Assembly (NCBI GenBank): GCA_026417155.1
Contig: JAOADU010000021.1
Span: forward strand, 521-64,520
Direction of reading: 5' to 3'
Source: Bacteroidales bacterium
GTDB taxonomy: Bacteria; Bacteroidota; Bacteroidia; Bacteroidales; GWA2-32-17
DNA: 64,000 bases
Shown here piece after piece: positions 46,264 to 57,343 of this stretch. Under the pieces are notes generated by a model. The model saw only the letters and a program-made list of their open reading frames with translations, was not told the DNA's origin and ran no database searches. Both the position numbers and the translations under genes were made by a program. Position 1 is the stretch's first letter; every line of letters starts with the position of its first letter.

Positions 46264-49044
46264 ATGAAAAAAATATTTTTTCTCGATGCTTATGCTTTAA
46301 TTTTTAGAGCTTATTATGCATTTATTAAAAACCCACGCATTAACTCAAAAGGTGTAAACACATCGGCAATTTTTGGATTTTTCAATACTTTTCTCGATGT
46401 AATACAAAAAGAAAATCCAACCCATTTGGCTGTTGCTTTTGATTCATCGGCAAAAACATTTCGACACGATTTATTTGCCGCATACAAAGCAACCCGCGAA
46501 GCCACTCCCGAAGATATACGACAATCTATACCATATATCAAACAAATACTTGAAGCACTTGAAGTACCTTTATTCGAAATTCCAGGATTCGAAGCCGATG
46601 ATGTAATTGGCACATTAGCAAAAAAATATGCCGAAAAAGGCTTCACTGTTTTTATGATGACATCAGATAAAGATTATTGCCAGCTTGTTGATCATAATAT
46701 TTTTATTTATAAACCCTCACGTTCGGGAAATGATGTAGAAATACTAGGAATTCCTGAAGTACTAAAAGTCTTCGAAGTTCATCATCCCAAACAAGTTATT
46801 GATGTGCTGGGTTTATGGGGCGACAGTTCCGATAATATCCCAGGTGCACCCGGCATAGGCGAAAAAACCGCCAAAAAACTTATTAAAGAATATGGAAGCA
46901 TTGAAAATCTTATTGCTCAAGCAGACAAATTGCAAGGAAAAATTAAAGAGACCATTATTAATCATAAAGATCAAATTTTGTTATCTAAAAAGTTAGTAAC
47001 CATATTTACCGATGTTCCATTGAATATTCGCGAACAAGACATAGAATTAAATAAACCCGACATTAATAAAATTATACCTATATTCGAAGAATTAGAATTT
47101 AAAACATTATTGCGACGCTTTTATGAATGGTCTAAAGGAATTAATTTGCCCAATTCAAAAACGAATCAATTAGAAACATCGCCTACATTATTCGATCAAG
47201 TTCTGATTGCCGAAAATTTGATATCGAAACATAAAACAATTCATGACACAGCTCATCATTATGAATTAATTAAAAGTGAAAAAGATGTTGAAAAACTTGC
47301 TCAATCATTACTTCAATGCAAAGAGTTTAGTTTCGACACAGAAACAAATTCATTAGATACGATTAAGCCCGAAATTGTTGGAATTTCTTTTTGCCATGAG
47401 CCAAATCATGCATTTTACATAACGTTACCCGTAAACCGTCAAGATACCGAGCGTTGGCTTTCCTATTTAAAGCCTGTTTTTGAAAATGAAAATATTTTAA
47501 AAATTGCTCAAAATCTGAAATTTGATTATCAAGTGTTGACACATTATGGAATAAATATAAAACCTCCTATTTTTGATACGATGGTTGCTCATTATATCTT
47601 AGAACCTGAGCAATCTCACAATTTAGATTTTTTAGCTAAAGCTTTTTTAAATTATTCACCCATATCATTTGAACAATTGACGGGTGAGAAAAAAACAAAG
47701 CAATATAACTTACGCTTACTTGACATAAACAAATTAAAAGACTATTGTTGTGAAGATAGCGATATAGCTTTCCAATTAAAACAAGTTCTTGCCCCATTGT
47801 TAGTTGAAAAGAATTTATGGAAACTTTTTGAATTAGTCGAAATGCCTTTAGTACAAGTATTAGCCGACATGGAATTATATGGAATAAGCATAGAAGAAAC
47901 TGTTTTACATTCTCTATCACAAGTACTTATTCAGCAATTACAAACCATAGAACAAGAAATTTATCAATTATCGGGAGCTATTTTCAATATTAATTCACCA
48001 CGTCAACTTGGCGAAATATTATTTGAAAAACTTTCGATCGACGCAAATGCAAAAAAAACGAAAACTAAACAATATGCTACTGGCGAAGAAGAACTGTTGA
48101 AATATATTGATAAACATCCTATCATTTCTAAAATATTGGAATATCGCACATTACAAAAATTACTCAACACATACACCGAAGCACTACCTAAGCTAATACA
48201 TCCTACTTCCAAAAAACTTCATACTTCATTTAGCCAAGTAACAACAGCTACAGGACGCTTAAGCAGTCAAAACCCCAATCTGCAAAATATTCCTATTCGT
48301 GAAGAATTAGGACGCGAAATTAGAAAAGCATTTGTACCTTCGGAAAAATATCAGTATATCATCTCTGCCGATTACTCACAAATAGAATTACGTATTATGG
48401 CACATTTGAGTAACGACGAAAACATGATTAATGATTTTAGCCATAACATGGACATTCATGCTGCCACAGCTTCTCGAATTTTTAACGTTTCTATAGAAGA
48501 AGTTACAAAAGACATGCGTAGAAAAGCCAAAATTGCAAATTTTGGTATAATTTATGGAATCTCTGCCTTTGGCCTTTCTCAACGGTTAGGAATTGGTCGT
48601 AGTGAAGCCAAACAACTCATAGACCAATATTTTTCAAAATACCCCAAAATACAAGAATATATGCAACAACAAATTGCCTTTGCTCGCGAACACGGTTTTG
48701 TTGAAACTATTTTGAAGCGTCGTCGTTACTTGCCCGATATCAATTCTCGAAATGCCACGGTCAGAAGCTTTGCCGAACGTAACGCAATTAATGCTCCTAT
48801 ACAAGGATCTGCAGCCGATATAATAAAACTAGCAATGGTAGATATTCACAAAGAATTAAAACAACGCCATTTAAAAACACGTATGTTATTGCAAGTACAT
48901 GACGAATTGGTTTTTGAAACTACGAATGAAGAATTGCATGAAGCAACTACTATCATTAAAAATAAAATGGAAAATGTATATTCGCTAAAAGTTCCTTTGT
49001 CGGTAGAAATAGGTTACGGTAAAAATTGGTTTGAAGCACATTAA
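46264..49044 (+). CDS. polA: DNA polymerase I
   Basis: 5'-nuclease LDAYALIFRAYYA...GDSSDNIPGAPGIGEKTA. 3'-5' exonuclease FSFDTETNSL. Polymerase motifs SADYSQIELRIMAH, RRKAKIANFGIIYG, LQVHDELVFE. Confidence 0.97.
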   Translation: MKKIFFLDAYALIFRAYYAFIKNPRINSKGVNTSAIFGFFNTFLDVIQKENPTHLAVAFDSSAKTFRHDLFAAYKATREATPEDIRQSIPYIKQILEALEVPLFEIPGFEADDVIGTLAKKYAEKGFTVFMMTSDKDYCQLVDHNIFIYKPSRSGNDVEILGIPEVLKVFEVHHPKQVIDVLGLWGDSSDNIPGAPGIGEKTAKKLIKEYGSIENLIAQADKLQGKIKETIINHKDQILLSKKLVTIFTDVPLNIREQDIELNKPDINKIIPIFEELEFKTLLRRFYEWSKGINLPNSKTNQLETSPTLFDQVLIAENLISKHKTIHDTAHHYELIKSEKDVEKLAQSLLQCKEFSFDTETNSLDTIKPEIVGISFCHEPNHAFYITLPVNRQDTERWLSYLKPVFENENILKIAQNLKFDYQVLTHYGINIKPPIFDTMVAHYILEPEQSHNLDFLAKAFLNYSPISFEQLTGEKKTKQYNLRLLDINKLKDYCCEDSDIAFQLKQVLAPLLVEKNLWKLFELVEMPLVQVLADMELYGISIEETVLHSLSQVLIQQLQTIEQEIYQLSGAIFNINSPRQLGEILFEKLSIDANAKKTKTKQYATGEEELLKYIDKHPIISKILEYRTLQKLLNTYTEALPKLIHPTSKKLHTSFSQVTTATGRLSSQNPNLQNIPIREELGREIRKAFVPSEKYQYIISADYSQIELRIMAHLSNDENMINDFSHNMDIHAATASRIFNVSIEEVTKDMRRKAKIANFGIIYGISAFGLSQRLGIGRSEAKQLIDQYFSKYPKIQEYMQQQIAFAREHGFVETILKRRRYLPDINSRNATVRSFAERNAINAPIQGSAADIIKLAMVDIHKELKQRHLKTRMLLQVHDELVFETTNEELHEATTIIKNKMENVYSLKVPLSVEIGYGKNWFEAH

Positions 49045-49171
49045 ATTTATTTTACTTTTTTTAATATTTGAATATTTGTAATATGAACTACTGCGTACAA
49101 TTTCAAATAGCTTTCATTTGATTTTCTAATTAGGTTTAATTTTTTAATTAAAAAAATTATCTCAATATTAA

Positions 49172-50422
49172 TTATTCTTCGTTCCTATCTACCCATAAAT
49201 AAACTTTGTCGTTTTTTCTAACCATATCAAATAATTTTACACTGCATTTTTGTCCTTTTTTTGCTTCATTTACAGGCTTTTCATCTACCCATAATTCTTC
49301 AACTATACATTCTACAACACCTGTTGTCGGACCAATAATTAATATCTCTTGTTTTTCAGATAAACTGTGTGTTTCAATTAATATTTCAGCAACCTGAACC
49401 TGTTTAAAATAATTTGTAATTTTTCCAATATAAATCTTTTGTTTCGTAGCACTGCTACCGTATTTTTTGCTCCATTCGCCTAAATGTTGTCCCAGATAAT
49501 ACCCCTCCCAAAATCCACGATTATACACTTGTTTCAATCGTTCTTGCCATTGTTTTATTTTTTCATTAGTAAAGCTCCCTTCAAAATAAGCATTAACTGC
49601 TTCTTGATAACATTGAGTTACAATTTTTACATATTCGGGCGATCGTGCTCTTCCTTCTATTTTTAATACACTAACCCCTGCGTTTAGTATTTTATCCAAT
49701 ATATGAATTGTACACAAATCTTTTGGCGACATAATGTATTCGTTCTCAATATCGAGCTGATAACCTGTTTCTTTATCGGTTACAGTATATGTACGACGAC
49801 AATTTTGTAAGCATGCACCTCTATTGGCTGAATGATTATTTTCGTGAAGGCTTAAATAACATTTTCCGCTTATTGACATACACAGTGCACCATGTACAAA
49901 TAATTCTATTCGAACATACTTTCCGTTAGGTCCTCGAATATTTTGTTCAATTATAGATTGATAAATACTTTTTGTTTGCACAAGAGTTAATTCTCGAGCT
50001 AGTACTATTACATCGCAATATTGAGAAAAAAAACGAACTGCTTCTATGTTGCTTATGTTTAATTGAGTTGATGCATGGACTTCCATTCCTACATGTCGGG
50101 CATATAAGATTGCTGCCATATCGGTAGCAATAATTGCATGTATTCCGTATTCTTTAGCTGCGTTAATTAAACGCTGCATCTCGTCAATTTCATTATCGTA
50201 AATAACAGTATTGACCGTTAAGTATGTTTTTACATTATATTGATTACAAATATCTACAATTGCTTTAAAATCGTCGAGAGTAAAATTTAAGGTTGATGCC
50301 GAACGCATATTAAGTTTGCCTACCCCAAAATAAACCGATTGTGCACCTCCTTGAATAGCTGCCATCAATGTTTCGTAAGAACCAACAGGCGACATCACTT
50401 CAATATCGTGTCTATGAAGCAT
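49172..50422 (-). CDS. Peptidase U32 family protein
   Basis: VYFGVGKLNMR, ELFVHGALCMSISGKCYLS and the EGR..SPEYV region are typical of the U32 family. Confidence 0.85.
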   Translation of the reverse strand: MLHRHDIEVMSPVGSYETLMAAIQGGAQSVYFGVGKLNMRSASTLNFTLDDFKAIVDICNQYNVKTYLTVNTVIYDNEIDEMQRLINAAKEYGIHAIIATDMAAILYARHVGMEVHASTQLNISNIEAVRFFSQYCDVIVLARELTLVQTKSIYQSIIEQNIRGPNGKYVRIELFVHGALCMSISGKCYLSLHENNHSANRGACLQNCRRTYTVTDKETGYQLDIENEYIMSPKDLCTIHILDKILNAGVSVLKIEGRARSPEYVKIVTQCYQEAVNAYFEGSFTNEKIKQWQERLKQVYNRGFWEGYYLGQHLGEWSKKYGSSATKQKIYIGKITNYFKQVQVAEILIETHSLSEKQEILIIGPTTGVVECIVEELWVDEKPVNEAKKGQKCSVKLFDMVRKNDKVYLWVDRNEE

Positions 50423-51401
50423 AAAATTTTTTTATTTGTTTCACTATATTTTCCAAATTTTGCTTTTTCATACAATTAAAATGCTTTTTAGGACATCTCT
50501 TATATCCCAATTTACTGCAAGGGCGACAAGGTAAATCTGTTACTTCGTGAATAGTAAACAAATGTTTGGGCATATACGGAAACATTCCAAACTGTGGTAT
50601 CGTATTCCCCCATACAGTAACCATCTTTTTCTGATATGCCGCTGCTATATGCATAAGTCCAGTATCGGCAGTTAAAATCATAGTTGCTTGTTTTATTAAC
50701 GAAGCCGATTGTAAAATACTATATTGCCCACAAGCATTGTAAATATATGGATATGATGTACTAGTTATAATTTCATTGGCTTTTTCAGCATCAGTTTGAT
50801 CGCCCAATAATACAACAGGCAATCTGACTTCATCAATTATTCGAATCAACATGTCGGATGGAATTTTTTTAGTTACATGTTTTGCACCTATTACTGCTAC
50901 CCAATAACCGTTCCACAAAAATTCGGGCAAGTTTTTTAATTCTACTTCATCATTTTCTGTAATATGTAACTCTAACCCTTTACCATCATTCTGAACGTCA
51001 AATAATTTAACTGTTTCGAAATACCTGTCAACTATGTGAACATTGGGCAGTCGGTTAATTTTAAAATTTACCATCAACCACTTTTGCCAATTAAGTTTTG
51101 GAAAACTAAATGCCAATATTTGAGTGCGATTTTTTATAATACATGTTCGCAAATTATGATGTAAATCTATGATATAATCGTACGTTTCGGCTTTTATTTC
51201 TTTAATTGTATCCGACAATTTCGGCTGTAATATTAAAACTTTATCAATATGCGGATTATGTTGAATCAATTGCTTATACATTGGTTTTGTTAAAAAATGC
51301 ACCTCGGCACCTTCCACTTGTTGTTTCAAACAACGAACTATCGGCGTTGTTAATACTATATCGCCTATAGAGCTAAACCGAACAACTAAAAACTTTACCA
51401 T
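50412..51401 (-). CDS. Glycosyltransferase family 9 (heptosyltransferase-like)
   Basis: MVKFLVVRFSSIGDIVLTTPIVRCLK N-terminus and TADTGLMHIAAA are typical of GT9. Overlaps the U32 gene by 11 nt. Confidence 0.8.
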   Translation of the reverse strand: MVKFLVVRFSSIGDIVLTTPIVRCLKQQVEGAEVHFLTKPMYKQLIQHNPHIDKVLILQPKLSDTIKEIKAETYDYIIDLHHNLRTCIIKNRTQILAFSFPKLNWQKWLMVNFKINRLPNVHIVDRYFETVKLFDVQNDGKGLELHITENDEVELKNLPEFLWNGYWVAVIGAKHVTKKIPSDMLIRIIDEVRLPVVLLGDQTDAEKANEIITSTSYPYIYNACGQYSILQSASLIKQATMILTADTGLMHIAAAYQKKMVTVWGNTIPQFGMFPYMPKHLFTIHEVTDLPCRPCSKLGYKRCPKKHFNCMKKQNLENIVKQIKKFYAS

Positions 51402-51423
51402 TGATTGATATTATACAGCAAAA

Positions 51424-52005
51424 TTAGTAATTCAATGCTATCCATGCTTCAATAACCTTAGGATAATGCAAATATTCCAATTTATGTATGCGATGTGAAA
51501 GTGTTTCTACTGTATCTTCCGGTAAAACAGGACATATTGCCTGAAATAGAATCTTCCCTTTGTCGTATTCATGATTTACTTCGTGAATGGTAATTCCTGA
51601 AAATGATTCACGATTCTTAAGAACAGCTTCATGAACATTATTTCCAAACATTCCTTTTCCGCCAAATTTTGGCAACAGTGCAGGATGAATGTTAACAATC
51701 CTGTTAAAGTATGATTCAATAATATTAGACGGTACTAACCATAAAAAACCGGCTAATACGATATAATCTATTGAAAATGTTGTTAAGGCATCGAGTACAT
51801 CATTGTTTTCGTAAAACATCTTTTTATTAAACAGAAATATTGGGATATTACATGTTTTCATTCGTTCAATTACAGCTGCGTTAGGATTATTCACAAAAGC
51901 AACTTCTACTTTTATTGATTTATGCGATGCAAAATATTGTACAATATTTTGCGCATTCGATCCGCTACCCGATGCAAAAATTGCTATCCTCACTTTTTGG
52001 GTCAT
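51424..52005 (-). CDS. purN: Phosphoribosylglycinamide formyltransferase
   Basis: IAIFASGSGSNAQNI, YIVLAGFLWLVP, NIHPALLPKFGGKGM, GITIHEV. Confidence 0.9.
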   Translation of the reverse strand: MTQKVRIAIFASGSGSNAQNIVQYFASHKSIKVEVAFVNNPNAAVIERMKTCNIPIFLFNKKMFYENNDVLDALTTFSIDYIVLAGFLWLVPSNIIESYFNRIVNIHPALLPKFGGKGMFGNNVHEAVLKNRESFSGITIHEVNHEYDKGKILFQAICPVLPEDTVETLSHRIHKLEYLHYPKVIEAWIALNY

Positions 52006-52171
52006 GAAATTGTTAAATTTTCATGCAAAGTTACAGGATAAATATTTGATATTCAAAAGCAAGTTATGATTGTTCATCAAAATTTTTCAAAAAAGTTTGA
52101 TAAAATCATGATAAATTTATTTCTTTGCAATCTCAAAATGAAATTATAGTACTAACCAAAACTTTAAAACT

Positions 52172-52408
52172 ATGTCAGACATTGCTTCAAGAGTTAAAGC
52201 AATTATCGTTGACAAATTAGGTGTTGACGAAAATGAAGTTACCAATGAAGCTAGCTTCACCAACGATTTAGGCGCAGATTCGTTGGATACTGTTGAATTA
52301 ATCATGGAATTTGAAAAAGAATTTAACATTGCCATTCCCGACGATCAAGCCGAAAAAATTTCAACCGTAGGTGATGCTATTGCTTACATTGAAAAAAACG
52401 CTAAGTAA
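52172..52408 (+). CDS. acpP: Acyl carrier protein
   Basis: [17 protein letters not shown] phosphopantetheine-attachment motif. 78 aa. Confidence 0.97.
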   Translation: MSDIASRVKAIIVDKLGVDENEVTNEASFTNDLGADSLDTVELIMEFEKEFNIAIPDDQAEKISTVGDAIAYIEKNAK

Positions 52409-52424
52409 GACATAATCTGGTTTT

Positions 52425-53675
52425 ATGGCATTAAAAAGAGTTGTTGTTACCGGTTTAGGTGCATTAACACCATTGGGGAATACTGTTCCCGAATTTTGGG
52501 AAAGCTTAAAAAATGGTGTCAGTGGTTCCGATTTAATCACTCATTTTGATGCATCTAAATTTAAAACCAGATTTGCTTGCGAAGTAAAAAACTTCAATGT
52601 AGAAAATTTTATTGACCGCAAAGAAGCCAGGAGACTGGACAGGTATGCCCAGTTTGCCCTGGTTACTGCGGACGAAGCCATTAAAGATTCAGGATTAGAC
52701 TTAACAAAGGTTGACCCCGACGAAGCCGGTGTTGTTTGGGCATCGGGGATTGGTGGCATTAAAACATTTGAAGAAGAAGTATTTGCATATGTAAAAGGCG
52801 ATGGTACTCCTAAATTTAGTCCTTTCTTTATTCCCAAAATGATTGCCGACATTGCCGCCGGACATATTTCGATGAAATATAATTTTAGAGGACCTAACTT
52901 TTGTACTGTTTCTGCCTGTGCTTCTTCGTCGCATGCCATAATCGAAGCCTATGTACAAATACAACTTGGCAAGGCTAAAATTATGATTACTGGCGGTTCG
53001 GAAGCATCTATTACCGAAGCTTCTATCGGGGGTTTTAATGCTATGCAAGCACTTTCAACCAATAACGATGAATACAAAACAGCTTCACGTCCGTTCTGTA
53101 AAACGCGCGATGGTTTCGTTATGGGCGAAGGAGCTGCCGCATTAGTATTGGAAGAATACGAATATGCCGTTGCTCGTGGAGCAAAAATTTATGCCGAAAT
53201 CGTAGGAACAGGACTCACTGCCGATGCTTACCATCTTACTGCCCCTCACCCCGAAGGATTGGGAGCAAAAAAAGTAATGGAAATGGCTATCAAAGAAGCC
53301 AAAATATCTCCAACAGAAGTTGATTACATCAATGTACATGGTACGGCAACTCCCCTTGGCGATGTCGCCGAATTAAAAGCTATTCAGCAAGTGTTTGGAG
53401 AGCATGCTTATAATCTGAATATTAGCTCCACAAAATCTATGCATGGACACTTGTTAGGTGGTGCTGGTGCTATCGAAGCTTTAGCAACCATTTTAGCCAT
53501 TGTTCATAATACAGCGCCTCCTACAATAAATCATAAAGAATACGACGAAAATATTGACCCTAAACTTAATTTAACTCTTCATAAAGCTCAAGAAAGAACT
53601 ATCCATTATGCTTTAAGCAACACCTTTGGATTTGGTGGACATAACGCATGTATTCTCTTTAAAAAGCATTCATAA
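52425..53675 (+). CDS. fabF: Beta-ketoacyl-ACP synthase II
   Basis: Active-site TVSACASSSHAI (Cys), INVHGTATPLGD and KSMHGHLLGGAG (His/His), C-terminal NTFGFGGHNA. Confidence 0.97.
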   Translation: MALKRVVVTGLGALTPLGNTVPEFWESLKNGVSGSDLITHFDASKFKTRFACEVKNFNVENFIDRKEARRLDRYAQFALVTADEAIKDSGLDLTKVDPDEAGVVWASGIGGIKTFEEEVFAYVKGDGTPKFSPFFIPKMIADIAAGHISMKYNFRGPNFCTVSACASSSHAIIEAYVQIQLGKAKIMITGGSEASITEASIGGFNAMQALSTNNDEYKTASRPFCKTRDGFVMGEGAAALVLEEYEYAVARGAKIYAEIVGTGLTADAYHLTAPHPEGLGAKKVMEMAIKEAKISPTEVDYINVHGTATPLGDVAELKAIQQVFGEHAYNLNISSTKSMHGHLLGGAGAIEALATILAIVHNTAPPTINHKEYDENIDPKLNLTLHKAQERTIHYALSNTFGFGGHNACILFKKHS

Positions 53676-53677
53676 CT

Positions 53678-54391
53678 TTGTTTTCTTTTTTTAAAAAAAA
53701 ACATCCTATTGCCGAATTTTTAATTAACGTATTTGGGTTTTATCCTAAGAATATCTATTTGTTTGAATTAGCTTTTATACACAAATCAGCATCGTTATAC
53801 CATAACAAAAATTTTTCTCTTAACAATGAGCGCTTAGAATTTTTAGGTGATGCTGTTTTAAATATTATTGTAGGTGAATATTTATACTATGAGTTTCCTA
53901 ACGAAAATGAAGGTTTTTTAACGAATCTTCGGTCAAAAATTGTCAATCGTAACACTTTAAACGAAATTGCGTATCATTTAAACATACAACAATGCATGGT
54001 TACGCAACAAGAACATAGCCATTTAAATTCGAAAATTTATGGAAATACCCTTGAAGCACTTATAGGAGCCATTTTTATTGATCAAGGATATAATAAAGCC
54101 CATAAGATTGTATTGGAAAAAATTATATTACCACATATAGATATTCCTTCGTTAATACTTAATGACACTAACTATAAAGGGCAAATTTTAGACTGGATTC
54201 AAAAAAAACATTATCAATTAGAATTTAAAAACTACGAAACAATACTTCAAAATAACCAACAAGGATACATATCAGAATTATACATCAACAAACAGCTTTA
54301 TGGAACAGGAAAAGGGATATCCAAAAAAAACGCAGAACAAGAAGCCTCGAAACAAGCTTTAATAAAAATTGGAATATTAAAACAAGAGTAA
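53678..54391 (+). CDS. rnc: Ribonuclease III
   Basis: NERLEFLGDAVL signature, EALIGAIFID, C-terminal dsRBD GKGISKKNAEQEASKQAL. Confidence 0.92.
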   Translation: MFSFFKKKHPIAEFLINVFGFYPKNIYLFELAFIHKSASLYHNKNFSLNNERLEFLGDAVLNIIVGEYLYYEFPNENEGFLTNLRSKIVNRNTLNEIAYHLNIQQCMVTQQEHSHLNSKIYGNTLEALIGAIFIDQGYNKAHKIVLEKIILPHIDIPSLILNDTNYKGQILDWIQKKHYQLEFKNYETILQNNQQGYISELYINKQLYGTGKGISKKNAEQEASKQALIKIGILKQE

Positions 54392-54485
54392 ACTTGTTCA
54401 AATATTTATGCATGCAGTGTATAAAGAGAAATAAATGAAACTTGAAAAAACTAAATTTACGTTCGCTATAATCCAAAAATTCGTG

Positions 54486-54493
54486 TATTTTTG
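54486..54493 (+). promoter_or_regulatory. Candidate -7 box TATTTTTG upstream of deoC
   Basis: TAnnTTTG match 24 nt upstream of the ATG at 54518. This is a motif match only. Confidence 0.3.
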
Positions 54494-54517
54494 TATAATT
54501 TTTAAAATATTAAATGT

Positions 54518-55375
54518 ATGAGATTTACAAAAGAACAAATTGCTGCCGATATAATACAAATGGCAAAATTTTCTGAACAGGAAAATGATGCTCAAGTATT
54601 AAAGCAAATTTTTAATTTACTCGATCTTACTTCGCTCAATACAACCGATTACAACGAAAAGATACTATCAATGGTTAACGCAGTCAACGATTTTGAAAAA
54701 CATTTTCCTTCATGTCCTAATGTTGCAGCAATTTGTGTATATCCGAATTTTGCTGATTTAGTAAAAAAGCATCTAACTGCAAAAGGCATTAAAATAGCTG
54801 TCGTATCAGCCGGTTTCCCTTCATCGCAAACCTTTTTGGCCGTGAAATTATCTGAAACAAATATCGCAGTTTCAAAAGGCGCCGATGAGGTTGACGTTGT
54901 TATTTCTGTCGGCAAATTTTTAAATAAAGAATTTCAAGCAGTTGCCGACGAATTAACATTATTAAAAACTGCATGTGGTCATGCACACATGAAAGTTATT
55001 CTTGAAACTGGAGCATTACCCGATGAAGAATCAATTTATACAGCCAGTATGCTTAGTATGGAAGCCGGAGCCGACTTTATTAAAACTTCCACAGGAAAAC
55101 TCGAGCCCGCTGCTACCTACGAAGCCATGTATGTTATGGTACATGCTATTAAAGATTATTATCACAAAACCGGTAAAAAAATTGGAATTAAACCTGCTGG
55201 CGGCATAGTTACAGTTAAACAAGCATTAGTTTATTATTCTATAGTTAAAAATATTCTTGGAGAAGAATGGCTCAATAATCGTTTATTCCGAATTGGAGCC
55301 AGCCGTTTAGCAAATAATATTCTCACTAAATTAAATGAATTGAACGGAATTAAATCTGAAGTAAAATATTTTTAA
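54518..55375 (+). CDS. deoC: Deoxyribose-phosphate aldolase (long form)
   Basis: GADEVDVVI, KVILETGAL, ADFIKTSTGK (Schiff-base Lys), GIKPAGGI. Confidence 0.85.
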   Translation: MRFTKEQIAADIIQMAKFSEQENDAQVLKQIFNLLDLTSLNTTDYNEKILSMVNAVNDFEKHFPSCPNVAAICVYPNFADLVKKHLTAKGIKIAVVSAGFPSSQTFLAVKLSETNIAVSKGADEVDVVISVGKFLNKEFQAVADELTLLKTACGHAHMKVILETGALPDEESIYTASMLSMEAGADFIKTSTGKLEPAATYEAMYVMVHAIKDYYHKTGKKIGIKPAGGIVTVKQALVYYSIVKNILGEEWLNNRLFRIGASRLANNILTKLNELNGIKSEVKYF

Positions 55376-55381
55376 TTTTAC

Positions 55382-56458
55382 ATGCCATTGCGCCATTATT
55401 GGGTTATTGGAGTAATGTCGGGGACATCGCTCGATGGTTTAGATATTGCATATTGCGAATTTTGGCAAACAAAAAAATGGCATTACCGAATTCATTATGC
55501 ACAAACAGTATCATATTCATTAGCATGGAAACAAAAGCTTTCGCAGGCACATTTATTAGAAAGCTATGCATTTATCGAATTGCATAAAGATTACGGAATT
55601 TTTATTGGCGAAGAGATAAATCGTTTTATCCGCCATTTTAATATATCCAGGATAGATTTAATTGCCTCTCACGGACATACCATTTTTCATCAACCTAACA
55701 AGGGCATAAATTTTCAGGTTGGTAATGGCGCATTTATTGCTGCTCGCACAGGAATTACAACTATTTACGACTTTCGTACCCTCGATATTGCCTTTGGTGG
55801 ACAAGGTGCTCCCCTTGTTCCATTAGGCGACGAACTTCTCTTTCCCGATTATGATTATTGTCTGAATATCGGTGGTATTAGTAACATTTCTTTCCAACAT
55901 AATCATCAACGAATAGCATTCGATATTTGTCCGTCGAATTTTGTTTTAAACTTTCTGGCTCAAAAAAAGGGTTATGATTTTGATAAAGCTGGACAATTGG
56001 CAAGATTAGGACAAATTGATAACGAACTTTTTCATAAGCTTAATTGTTTGCCGTACTACAAAATTTCTTATCCAAAATCTTTAGGTCGTGAATGGATAGA
56101 ACAAGAATTTTTGCCTATTATTGAAAATTCTTGCATTTCAACAGAAAATAAACTTGCAACATGTGTTGAACACATTGCTTATCAAATTGGTAGATATACA
56201 CAAAAACAAGGAAAAATGATAATTACTGGTGGTGGAGCTCATAACTCGTTTTTAATAGAAAGAATTAAAGCTAATACTCGTAGCGAAGTTATTATACCAG
56301 ATGCACTAACTATTGATTTTAAAGAAGCCTTAATATTTGCTTTCTTAGGTTTATTAAGATATTTACGAAAACCAACTGCACTTTCATCAGTCACTGGTTC
56401 GCAAATAGACTCTATTTCGGGTATTTGTGCAATAATAGAAAAGGCTACCTTACGGTAG
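55382..56458 (+). CDS. anmK: Anhydro-N-acetylmuramic acid kinase
   Basis: IGVMSGTSLDGLDIA N-terminus, DFRTLDIAFGGQGAPLVP, ITGGGAHN. Confidence 0.9.
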   Translation: MPLRHYWVIGVMSGTSLDGLDIAYCEFWQTKKWHYRIHYAQTVSYSLAWKQKLSQAHLLESYAFIELHKDYGIFIGEEINRFIRHFNISRIDLIASHGHTIFHQPNKGINFQVGNGAFIAARTGITTIYDFRTLDIAFGGQGAPLVPLGDELLFPDYDYCLNIGGISNISFQHNHQRIAFDICPSNFVLNFLAQKKGYDFDKAGQLARLGQIDNELFHKLNCLPYYKISYPKSLGREWIEQEFLPIIENSCISTENKLATCVEHIAYQIGRYTQKQGKMIITGGGAHNSFLIERIKANTRSEVIIPDALTIDFKEALIFAFLGLLRYLRKPTALSSVTGSQIDSISGICAIIEKATLR

Positions 56459-56485
56459 CCCTTCCCATGTTTGTTAAAAGTGTTA

Positions 56486-57295
56486 CTAAAAATTAAGCGA
56501 AATGCCCGACGCCCAAGGATAAAGTTCGGGTCCTTTTCCGCTTTTGAATAGTGGCACCGGCATATAATTAATATAAATGCCCACGTTATTGATTCCAAAC
56601 CTTAGCTCAAAAGAATAATTGACTGGCATTAAATGAAAATCGTCATTATTTTTGAATAATTTTTTATCGCTACCAGGAAAATAAACACTCTTGTTATAGC
56701 TTTTAATTCTTAGCGATCCAACCACACCACCAGCTATGTATAATTTATCTTTAGATTGATTAATTGGAATATGAAATTCTAGGAATAATGGTAATCTCAA
56801 ATAAACAATATTTAGCTGGCTCTTTTTAACTAATGAATCGTATGTAAAAGCTAACGTATAGGCATCGCCAAATAAAATGGTTTGACGATTAAAACGATAC
56901 CGATGCCAAGCCAAACCTAAGCCTGTTACTATCCCAGTTTTCTTGGGAATGATGGTTATGCTATGTTCGAATAAATTCAAATTAAAATTTATCGATTTGG
57001 GTATGTTTAAGTCTAAATATCCTAATTGATTGGGTAGCGCAAAAGAACCTGACGGTGTTAAATAACCTGTCAACCCGAGTTCTAAGGCAGCCCATTTGCC
57101 TTTGAATTTTTTTGATTTATTTATTGCATTTTCGTCATTTTTAGTGTTGGGCTTAATCTCAATAGTACTATCTCCCTTTTCTGAAATGATTAAAATTTTG
57201 CCTTTATTCCATTTAATAGTTGTGGTATCAAATTGTGCTTTTAGTGTCGCACAAATTAAAATTCCTACCGTTATAAAAACTATTCTTGTTTTCAT
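56486..57295 (-). CDS. Hypothetical outer-membrane beta-barrel protein (last gene of the ECF sigma operon)
   Basis: Signal peptide MKTRIVFITVGILICATLKAQ, alternating-strand composition, and a C-terminal ...SGISLNF ending in Phe (OMP terminal signature). Confidence 0.55.
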   Translation of the reverse strand: MKTRIVFITVGILICATLKAQFDTTTIKWNKGKILIISEKGDSTIEIKPNTKNDENAINKSKKFKGKWAALELGLTGYLTPSGSFALPNQLGYLDLNIPKSINFNLNLFEHSITIIPKKTGIVTGLGLAWHRYRFNRQTILFGDAYTLAFTYDSLVKKSQLNIVYLRLPLFLEFHIPINQSKDKLYIAGGVVGSLRIKSYNKSVYFPGSDKKLFKNNDDFHLMPVNYSFELRFGINNVGIYINYMPVPLFKSGKGPELYPWASGISLNF

Positions 57296-57343
57296 ATATC
57301 TTATTTTTTTAATAAGACGTTTTTATGTTTTGTTTTGTTACAC